From NCBI GenBank assembly GCA_964016885.1, contig OZ024740.1, positions 368,838,001 to 368,902,000 on the forward strand: DNA of 64,000 bases, in the 5' to 3' direction. The position numbers and the translations under genes are program-made. The notes below the pieces were generated by a model. It ran no database searches, was not told the origin of the DNA, and saw only the letters and a program-made list of their open reading frames with translations. Shown here piece after piece: positions 53,324-64,000 of the stretch (positions are counted from its first letter, which is position 1; every line of letters begins with the position of its first letter). This DNA is from Eledone cirrhosa. Taxonomy: Eukaryota.

Positions 53324-54315
53324 TATATGAAAGACGTAAATAAGAAAGTTATGAAAATTGACTTACTTACTAAAATTTCACTTCAACTAATTAGTTTCTG
53401 TAAGGGGATAAATACAGTTATGCAATACCTGTAGAGAAGCCTTACGTCATCAGGGAGTCTATTCTCAGCTAAGCCACCAGGCAATGCGGGGACACTGGAA
53501 GCTTATATAACAATAATTCAGTGGATGGAAAAAAGCGAAAAAATCGAGCGGGGCTAGATTCCAAACCACTGAAAAATTTGCTGCCTTCTTGGTCAAGTGG
53601 CAAATTCAAAAGAATTAATAACGTAAATCAATTTTCATAACTTTCTTATTTACGTCTTTCATATAATTGTTCTGCATTCCCCTACATAGAACTACAAAGT
53701 TACTAAGACAAAACATATATATCTACTAGCGTAGGTATGCATATGTATACATATGTCGGTAGATATATTAATTCTTTATATACTTCTCCAAATTATTTGT
53801 TGAGCAAATTTGCCAAATTAATACTGTGACTGACAGTAGTGGCTAGGCTCTGTCTTAATAGCACCCCACTCCAAGCTGGTTAACCTCAGTGTCACGTGAT
53901 TAATTCTTTTGAATTTGTCAATTGACCAAGAAGGCAGCGAATTTTTCAGTGGCTTGGAATCTAGCCCCGCTCGATTTTTTCGCTGTTTTCCATCCACTGA
54001 ATTATTGTTATATAAGCTTCCAGTGTCCCCGCATTGCCTGGTGGCTTAGCTGAGAATAGATTCCCTGATGACTTAAGGCTTCTCTACAGGTATTGCATAA
54101 CTGTATTTATCCCCTTACAGAAACTAATTAGTTGGAGTGAAATTTTAGTAAGTAAGTCAATTTTCATAACTTTCTTATTTACGTCTTTCATATAATTGTT
54201 CAGCATTCCCCTGCATAGAACTACAAAGTTACTAAGGCAAAACATATATATCTGCTAGCGTAGGTATGCATCTGTATACATATGTCGGTAGATATATTAA
54301 TTCTTTATATTATAT
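53324..54315 (+). mobile_element. 529-bp non-coding unit with HHR, partial tandem copy and inverted 5' arm (retrozyme-like)
   Basis: 53628-53781 matches 54157-54310; 53324-53623 is inverted to 53894-54194; TA-rich flanks. Confidence 0.8.
54060..54138 (+). ncRNA. Type I hammerhead ribozyme with extended stem II (inverted copy 53380-53458, -)
   Basis: ATTCC-CTGATGA-..TAAGG..TACAG/CTGTA..CCTTA..-GAAAC-TAATTA-GTT-GGAGT; palindrome AACTAATTAGTT. Confidence 0.75.
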
Positions 54316-54432
54316 AATATATATATAGAGAGGGTGTCCCAAAAATGTATACATACTTACACAGCATTCAAATAAATATTGCTTGCACGGGTAATCACAG
54401 TGTGTATACATGTTTGGGAACACCCTCTATAC

Positions 54433-54496
<64 letters not shown>

Positions 54497-54523
54497 CCCT
54501 CACATACACACCCACGCACACAC

Positions 54524-54649
<126 letters not shown>

Positions 54650-54899
54650 GTTGTAACCCTACGTATTGCTCATTTGCTTCATCACACAGACAGGCTTTTC
54701 AGTTAAATTCTCAATTTATTATTTTACCCTGAAAAAACAGATTCCTGAACAGATCCTTGAAACACTGTCTGCTTGATTGTGTGTGGAGAATATGAGATTG
54801 CGGACATCGTATGAAAAGTTATCTATCTAATATCATATCTCTCTCTTGTATCTCCTTTTCTGTACTTCACCATTTCTTTCTCTCTCTCTCTATCTCTCT

Positions 54900-54962
<63 letters not shown>

Positions 54963-57654
54963 GGTGTGTGTGTGTGTGTATGTGTGTGTGCGTATACGTG
55001 CAGGTAAGTGCCTGCATGTGGGTAAATGTTTGGCGCGTGCTTATATAACTTGTATTTGAATATGTATGTATTCATATATAAACTCCATTTTGATTTTGAT
55101 TTGTGTGAGTAAGAAAGTAGTTACCCACTTCATTTAAACTATAAGCCCATGATTAATGACCATACTGATTGATAGAATAATATAAAGAGGGTGAGTAATT
55201 GAAGGTTATGGGGGAGACGTAGACGCAAAGAAAGTGACAGTTTGACAGTAGAGGTTCAAAGCGAATGAGATTAAAGAAGAAAAATTATTTGCGCAGAAAA
55301 TAGAAGGAAAATACGTTGCAATCACAATTCTATATAATTTTACTGCCGTTGCTCTTTCAGCTGCAACATAATCGTCAGTCGGCTTATATGAGTAAGAAAT
55401 CTATACATATCGACTTTCGGACAGCTCGGACACTTCATTATGAATCAAATCTTTTACAGCAAATCCTGGCTAGCGAATCTAATTATTCCACATGCAACAG
55501 ATGGTAATATAGCCAGCCGGATATTTCTGATTTAGGTGTGGAATATATGCAATTGTGTTAGTCATTCAAAAGCGTTTAAGTGTTGAGATAATGAGCACGA
55601 GAAAGAGAAGATGCGATCAAAAATCTATAACAATTATTGAATATTTGGTATTACACAAAAGGAATAGTTTAGGTAGGGTATATTGTATTATGTTCAATAG
55701 GCGAGTAACTAGAGCAGTTGATAAAATGTTTGCCATTTACGTCTATATGTAGATATTCGTTATTCTCCATTGAAATATAGAGTGCCTTTTATTAATAGTT
55801 TTTGTGATTTTGAATCTTTCAATAAGTGTTAGGATGAATACAATTCAATGACATATTCCTACGAAACACACTGAGATATAATCATTTTAAATTATGGATA
55901 AAAGTGTTCAGTTCCATGGGGATGTGTTGATAATACATTTTAATAACGAAAAGTAGTTTCATTTGTCACATAAATATCAAAATTCATTCAAGTAATAATT
56001 CTGAATCGGGAATTTATCAGATATTGTGTTTAACGTGTTTTGCGAATGCTTCGACACCAAAATAAAAAAAATAATGTTAAAGGATTTATGCCTGCTCCAT
56101 AGAAAATATATATAAATGCAGACATGTTATATATTATAAAGGTATATCTGAACGAAATCATCTTTAGTTATATGTATTATCCCCAACCATGATTCACAGG
56201 AATAGAGTAAGATTCATTCCACTGAATCTTTGAATAATCTCACTTTTCTTTTTCTGTTTATATTAGATGTCCACATATTAGAGGTCCACAGTTCAGAGCC
56301 GACCATACGTGTGCTCTCTTGTTGTTTATATCATTTGAGGAGTTGGTGCATATCGACAAATAAAAATATATACATATTGATAATCAATATTGTTAAAACT
56401 TTGATGTTTGTTGCTTGATCTGAGATGATGGTCAATTTTTCGTTTATTTCACAACTTTCTTCTAATTAACCGATACTTTTCTATTCCTTTTGGTGAGCTA
56501 CGGGATTAGATTGGGCATTAAAAAAATACAATTTTAATCTGGAATCATTAAAAATCAGGTATGCTAAGTGTATATCGATATATTAATTCAGTTAGAACTA
56601 ATTTGAGAAATACTAAAAAAGGCGATGGTTTGCCGGGCTTATATTTTACTCAGCATAAAAATAAGTAAAATAATGTACAAGACTATACATACATAGTGTT
56701 ATCCACTTATTACTAATCTCGCAAATAAGAAAAAAATATTAAACTATTATGCACCCTTTTCAGCATGTTTCCGCCAATTACCTTATGCGTAATTCCATTG
56801 TTAATTAATTAGGATTCTGAATGATGTCCTCCATCACTGCTCTAATTAGATTTAATTGAAAGGTACTTTTTCCAGTTCCTCCCTTTCAATGAAACAGAAT
56901 AATTAAAATTGATTTTGCTCGCTGCATTAAGTATGAGAGAACCGAGTTTAAACATTTACATTTAGTTTGTATCTAGTTATTGAATACAGCAATTGTGAAG
57001 ATTATTTTCGTTCAAATTAAATATTCGTATAAATCTAGTGATTTAGAAATTATTCATTGCATTAGAAATACTAAACACAAAACAAATATATTTATTCAAC
57101 CATTAGAAGATGTGGTTTATTAAACGTTTTTTGTCTGTTTGTTTGTGTTTTTTTTTCATGCAACAGTATTTAAAAAAAATAATGCATGCAATTTAAATGT
57201 CATTTTCTATCTGTTGTGAGATGACAGTTTCATTCTGAGTTAATTTGTTCTGAAATATATACGTGATTGTTTCAACATGCATTATATTCTTAGTGCTATG
57301 AGGATAGTTTTAAGGTGATATTCATTTTAGTTTCAAGAGTAAATTATTCCCAATACATCGAAAGTGAATCACTAAAATGTGCCTTATGTCTATAATTATC
57401 CATAAAACGTCGTTTAACACATTATACAAATTATAAAATATTTCTAAAAACAAAAATAGTATATCAAAGAAGAAAAAATAATCACTGAATCATCCTCCAT
57501 ACACAATTTGAGTATCACGTGTTTTTAAACAACAGAAAGTTTAAGGGAATCAAAACCATTTGGATAATTAATACAACAATCCCAAATAGCCTTCCACGAA
57601 TTTGTTTTGGATATGAATCAGTAAAACGTAAAACATTATTGTGTGTGCAAGCGA

Positions 57655-57700
<46 letters not shown>

Positions 57701-57713
57701 TATATATATATGT

Positions 57714-57782
<69 letters not shown>

Positions 57783-58499
57783 TCGTAAGTTTTCTGTGTA
57801 AGTGATTGTCCGCATCAGTGGCTGTAGTATCAGTGTTTACATAAGATGCTACTTCAAAAAGATAAATTGAACATCAGATGAATATAGGTTAACAATATAT
57901 GTAGAAAGTTTCAATGAATGTTGGAGTCGATATGATTAACTGAGATTTAAAGAAGACGATACAACTTCATCTTACACGATTGACTGAAACCAGTAAAATA
58001 GATATGTTTTCCTTTCAGAATAAAAACAATGTATTTTCTGAGAATTCAACAATACATCAATATCTATGTATTTAAAATAATCGATACATTTTTAAAGGTC
58101 CCCTTCATTAATCATTGATAACCTGCTAGCATCTGGAAAGTTCCTCGTGAATGTAATATACTGCGGAAGGTGCTTGTGGAAGAGGTCTAGTCAACGATAC
58201 ATGCCAGTCACCCTTCCCTATAACACTAACTGTGTCGAAGGGGAAAGCAAAAGCTGATACTGTTTGGTATTAGTATTCTGGCAACATGAAATAAAGGTGA
58301 TTGAGAAGAATGAAACACGAGGGCATAAGATGAGCTTCAAGACAAAACGTACACACATGGCCTGAATCCAAGCTTATATACATGAGCCAAGCACTTTAAA
58401 GACAAAGCCACATGTATCTATAGATGTAAATATGTATGTATGTATATATATGTTTGACCCTAGCATCTACACACAGAGGCACAAGGTTGTTTGTGAGGA

Positions 58500-58710
58500 A
58501 CCAGCATTCACCCATGCATATCAGTCTCACCTCCCCATGTTGTCCGATAGTACTGGCTACGAGTGACGTCGCAACTTATTTCTATAACTGAGTCAACCGT
58601 AACAACGTGGATTACAGTGTCTTGCTGAAGTAACACAACGCATAAATTAGTCCAATAATTGAACTCACAACCTCTAGGATGTACGCCCAGCTTTCTAAAC
58701 ACTGAACTTT
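58500..58710 (-). mobile_element. Decayed tRNA-derived SINE of a second family
   Basis: The - strand has a B-box-like GAGTTCAATT followed by GTTGTGT..AGCAAGACAC, a CORE-like segment. Confidence 0.45.
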
Positions 58711-58872
58711 CAGTTCAAACACACATACACACATTATATATACAATGATATTAAATAAATGGGAACTATATTTATAAAAACATATTTATTCTATTATATA
58801 TATTTCAAGGGTAGCAAACGCTATCTATATTTGTAGGTTCTGCCGTTTTGTGTATGATTTGTTTTTTTAGAA

Positions 58873-58951
<79 letters not shown>

Positions 58952-59193
58952 GGAGGTGAGTTTTATTGTAGCACAACCCCGCCTCACCCTTTCCCAATCT
59001 CATACATCAATCTTAATTTATTGTTCATATGTTGATTTAAAACTGCCCTATTCACAAGTGTTTTTTAAGCTTCATATCATGTATCCCTATTTTATCTTAT
59101 GAGAACGCATATATCATCCCATGATGATATTTGTTTTTGAAATGCGCATAATAAAATACTTGGAACTCTTTTAACCATCTTTTGATCATATAT

Positions 59194-59261
<68 letters not shown>

Positions 59262-59526
59262 TTTCTAAAAAACAAATCATACACAAAACGCAGCACTTAC
59301 AGTTTAGAAGAGATGTCAACATGAATAGACCTGTTATTTTTATCTAAAGGCATTTGTTCCAATTCCATCCCTCCCGTCCCCTCAATCTATTTTATTTCTC
59401 ATTCTTTCTTCTGATAAAGGAATGGCGTCCAAAACGTTAAAACCCTCTTCCTGCTATATCAACCGTTAACCTAATATATACCTTCCATATACTGTACCGA
59501 TTGGGTTGTTATTTCTGTTTACTTTT

Positions 59527-59592
<66 letters not shown>

Positions 59593-59594
<2 letters not shown>

Positions 59595-59700
59595 GCCGAG
59601 GTTGACTTTGCCTTTCATCCTTACAGGGTCGATAAAATAAAGTACCAGTAATGCACTGGGTAATTGCTGGCCTTGTGCCTAAAGTAGAGACAATTATCAT
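59593..59700 (+). mobile_element. SINE 3' half
   Basis: Matches 315-420. Confidence 0.8.
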
Positions 59701-60039
59701 ATAGCATATATTTTGGATCCTATATATATTATCTATAAAGGTACCACATTCATGTAATTATTTCCTTTGACCAATACCTTGTTACTACTATATTTTAACA
59801 ATCATTAATTGTTTCCATTAAGAAAGAAGATTTGCCGATTCAAATATTTTACATTCATAGATTTGGCTTTTATAAATTGTGAGTTGTTTTCAAATTATTA
59901 CATTACTTCATCAGTTTATATACAATTTTGTTATATGACTCTGATTAAGTAAATAAAATAGACAGATGATATTTATCAATTGAGTTAATGTGGCAATGCT
60001 CTTACGCTTGAAGTATCAATTTCTATGCCAACTTTGTAT

Positions 60040-60330
60040 AACATATAACAATACATGGAGAAACATATCTTCAGCATCAATAAAAAAACATCTGTTTAGG
60101 TTTTTGTTCCGTTTGCGGTTAACTATTACAGATATAAATATCACTAAACTATTGAATGCTGTTGCATCAGATTGTACGCCACAAAAGAGAAATTACACCT
60201 CCTTTTCTTCCAACGAGGTAGCTATAATAATAGAACATATTTATATACATAAGGGTTGCGCAATTACAAACTCTACAATAGCAAAGATCATCTATATGCA
60301 TATATCGCACAGTTCATGGACAATCGAAGA
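60040..60330 (-). pseudogene. Possible piggyBac transposase C-terminal relic
   Basis: YYSYLVGRKG..LLW..DATAFNSLVIF..NRCFFI with a frameshift; weak. Confidence 0.25.
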
Positions 60331-60762
60331 TCGTAGCATTTTAGTAGTTCTAGAAAGATGAATAATACATAACATAATTTATAGATGTATTGTTAGTTCT
60401 TTAAAATGTTATGTAAGTCGTATTTAATCGGGATCTCGAAAATATACCGCGAAGATTATAAATAAATTGAAATACGAATTCTTACTATTCAGATATAATA
60501 TGCGGTTCAATATATCTGTTCCTATCATATTTCAAAATGAGGAAAATCTATACCGAAATCTATGAAATACATTCACTTTTATTTATTTATTTATTTATTT
60601 ACTTATTTTTACTTGAGTAAGAGAAACAACCCAATCTGCATAAAACGTTATTATTATATATGAGGCCTATCTGTGTCAAACATTTTGCTGCCCCCCCCCC
60701 CCCCCCCCCAACTCCCCCGCTCTCTCTCTCACTCTCGCTATGTATATATATATATATATATA

Positions 60763-61142
60763 TCGTTTCTGAATTTGTTTAGCAAGATTCTTTATCTGAA
60801 AACGTGTGTTGAAACCGATATTGTTATGCTTTGGGATGGTCATGTTGCCAATAAGAAACACACCCACCCCACCAGGTGCTTTCACTCACAAAAACCAGAT
60901 GGCTTAGGACAGAACAAAGGAGAGGCAAAGAAAAGAATCCCTAGTCACTGAAGATGTCACATAATGTCTGACGAAACATCTTTGACAATATATGAACAAC
61001 CGTCCGGTTGTGGAACCACCCAACCAACCGGAAATGTATAAATTCATAAATTTATGAATATAATTTATAATACATTGGAGTGAAAGCAACTGGTACGTGT
61101 GTTTCATGTTGGCAACATGACCCTCAAAATCCATAACAATAT
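60763..61142. mobile_element. Inverted pair of Naiad-like pseudo-LTR pieces between (TA)n tracts
   Basis: 60763-60887 (-) and 60890-61142 (+) both match 50088-50340; HHR at 60944-60986. Confidence 0.7.
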
Positions 61143-61210
61143 ATATATATATTACGGGTATACATATATTTATTATATATACTATATATATGTATACATA
61201 CATATGTATG

Positions 61211-61244
<34 letters not shown>

Positions 61245-61247
<3 letters not shown>

Positions 61248-62542
61248 CAGGAAAGAAGAGTGACACGGTTTGCTATACAAAAAAGGTTTTTAATCTCATT
61301 GCTGACAATGTTTCTCTGAACTGGTAGGTCTAGAGATCGCTATCTGCTTATTTTCGCGTTACTCGATCGCCAATACAAAGTTATAACCAGTCAGTTCATC
61401 GGAGCTTGCGAGAATGAAGAGAATATACAGGCATGAAAAGAATATACAGGCTACTATATGTAGTAGTAATGGCATTCAGTTAGAACAATAACAACAATAT
61501 CAACAATGCTAGCAATACATTGTTTAAAATAATCACATCAATCTAGGTGGGAAGTATAGTATATCTATGATTTTAGCGTGTAAAATTAGCTGACATGAGG
61601 CAGATGTATAAAAGTGACATGTAAAAACTGTCGTAGGGTGTATTATATCAAGTGTAAAGATAAGCTGGTGTTTTTAAACAATGTAGGTCAGGTGGCCGTA
61701 ATAGTCGATTTTTATCTGACCGATGAAGTATTTATCACTGTAGTGGAATTTGTGTGGTCTATATTAGATGAGAGGGCTGTCTATTGTTCTCATCCTCAAT
61801 AACATACATGTATAAGACAACACTAACAAAGCTAAATAATGGGCAAGTTAATACAGAGGGTAAGGAGGTAATATATATATATATATATACATATATATAC
61901 ACACACACATGCATATATACATACACACACACATATATATATATATACATACACACACATACACATACATACATACATACATACATACATACATACATAC
62001 ATACATACATACATACATAGAGAAAACATGCTGACTATAATTATAGAAAGAGGAAGGTAAAGTTATGTTGTAGCAGTATTTTGAAATGTTCTTGGATTTA
62101 GGATCAAGTGATGACAGCAGCTGAGAAGAGATAAGTTTATGGGTTGATGAGGTACTTACAGACATTAGTGTGGATAGAACTAAGAAGGCTAGAATGTACT
62201 TACTAGAATGCACTAGATTATATTTCTGTGGTGATTCGTGCAGAGTAGTGGGTATTCTAGTTGAAAGCTATGTTACGTCGGTTCGATTCATGGAGATTTA
62301 AATCTTATGAATTTAGTGGCGATATAATGTCTGCAGAAGATAGATCTTTCTAACTTGTTGTTAAGTAGCCTTTTTACATTTCTCAGGATATATAGTAGTT
62401 CTAGATCACATAGCCCACAATGGGACATACCTGTACTGTAGGTTTTAGCAGCCGACAACCTCGACCAGTTGATACTGTAGCTAGTGTTGTTGTCCTTCAG
62501 TTCCCATATTTTTTGGCCGAGGGTTGTATGTGCATGTGTTTT

Positions 62543-62593
<51 letters not shown>

Positions 62594-63098
62594 CCTCCTT
62601 AACCTCTGTATTAACTTGCCCATTACTTAGCTTTGTTAGTGTTGTCTTATACATGTATGTTATTGAGGATGAGAACAATAGACAGCAATCTCATCTAATA
62701 TAGACCACACAAGTTCCACTACAGTGATAAATACTTCATCGGTCAGATAAAAACCGACTATTACGGCCACCTGACCTACATTGTTTAAAAACACCAGCTT
62801 ATCTTTACACTTTATATAATACACCCTACGACAGTTTTTACATGTCAATTTTATACATCTGCCTTATTTCAGCTAGTTTTACACGCTAAAACATAGATAT
62901 ACTATACTTCCCACCTAGATTGATGTTGTGATTATTTCAAATAATTTATTGCTAGCATTGTTGATATTGTTGTTATTGTTCTAACTGAATGCCCTTACTA
63001 CTACATACAGTAGCCTGTATATTCTTTTCATGCCTGTATATTCTCTTCATTCTCGCAAGCTCCGATGAACTGACTGGTTATAACTTTGTATTGGCGAT
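61245..63098 (-). mobile_element. Hydra-like PLE 3' end (-, 61245-62545) with inverted arm (+, 62590-63098)
   Basis: 62291-62525 (-) reads KIWELKDNNTSYSINW..AKTY..CGLCDLELLYIL..LNNKLE..CRH; long-stem-II HHR at 61301-61405 (core CCGATGA). Confidence 0.75.
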
Positions 63099-63099
63099 T

Positions 63100-63650
63100 A
63101 TATATTTACATACATGCACACATATATATATGTACGTATGGATTGACCGAACATTTATTATAATGCTTGGTGTGTTTGTAAACAAACATCTCGTATTAAG
63201 CCGTAGTGTCCAGCAACCATCGCTGAGTAGCCCAATTTGCATATCGAGTGCGTTAATCGGCCGATATGCAAATTGGGCTACTCAACCGTTAATATGCATA
63301 AGGTAAGTATATACGTTCAACAATCTGGCAGGAAGGTATACGTTGCTGACGATAGCTAATAAGCTTGAAACTAGTACAGCGTTCCTTTGTCAGTGTAGAA
63401 CAAACGAGCAACGATGGTTGCTGGACGCTACGGCTTAATACGGGATGTTTGTTTACAAACACACCGAGCATTATAATAAATGTTCGGTGAATCTATACGT
63501 ACATATATATATATATATGTGCATGTATGTATATATATATAGAAACTACTGTACGTATGTATACATATATGTATGTACGTGTACATACTTATATTTAAGT
63601 AACAGCCGTACTAAGAGTGGGAAATGAAATCTCGTTTCATTTTTTCCGTT

Positions 63651-63652
<2 letters not shown>
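63100..63652 (+). mobile_element. Second locus of the 422-bp HHR unit, with inverted 5' pieces; HHR at 63340-63382
   Basis: 63262-63652 matches 40495-40880; 63100-63222 is inverted; ends in (TA)n. Confidence 0.8.
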
Positions 63653-63682
<30 letters not shown>

Positions 63683-63687
63683 CATAC

Positions 63688-63774
<87 letters not shown>

Positions 63775-63800
63775 CATACATATATATGTATATATACATA

Positions 63801-63854
<54 letters not shown>

Positions 63855-63870
63855 CATATATCTGTATGTA

Positions 63871-63933
<63 letters not shown>
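63650..63933. repeat. (TA)n microsatellite
   Basis: direct inspection. Confidence 0.95.
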
Positions 63934-63936
<3 letters not shown>

Positions 63937-64000
63937 GATAAATCTACCAAAAGTTTACGGTAGTGTCCAATCCGTATGAAGAACTCAATGTAATCCGGAT

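Noticed and set aside
55000-58100. Possible host exons in non-repetitive AT-rich DNA (also 21950-25500 and 37400-38700)
   Set aside because: No convincing ORF or recognisable domain; short exons cannot be excluded without transcript data

Overview
AT-rich, microsatellite-dense eukaryotic DNA, probably molluscan and possibly octopus-like (inferred from the SINE types only). I found no host protein-coding gene. The window is a nest of retroelements sorted by microsatellite target. (TA)n tracts host at least three kinds of Penelope-like elements (PLEs; RT + GIY-YIG, resembling the Hydra, Naiad and Neptune groups), mostly 5'-truncated with inverted or tandem pseudo-LTRs. (TAA)n tracts host a head-to-tail cluster of R4/Dong-like RLE LINEs. 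There are also tRNA-derived SINEs, a decayed RTE LINE and a small Helitron. The notable hidden layer is catalytic RNA: about 20 type-I hammerhead ribozyme (HHR) motifs from about 10 unrelated sequence families, read by eye. Several lie in non-coding 420-660 bp tandem or fold-back units that look like retrozymes. Structural variants include a U3-A8 compensated core and branched or very long stem II. One Dong element also has an HDV-like fold at its 5' end. All ribozyme and clade calls are by inspection and untested.
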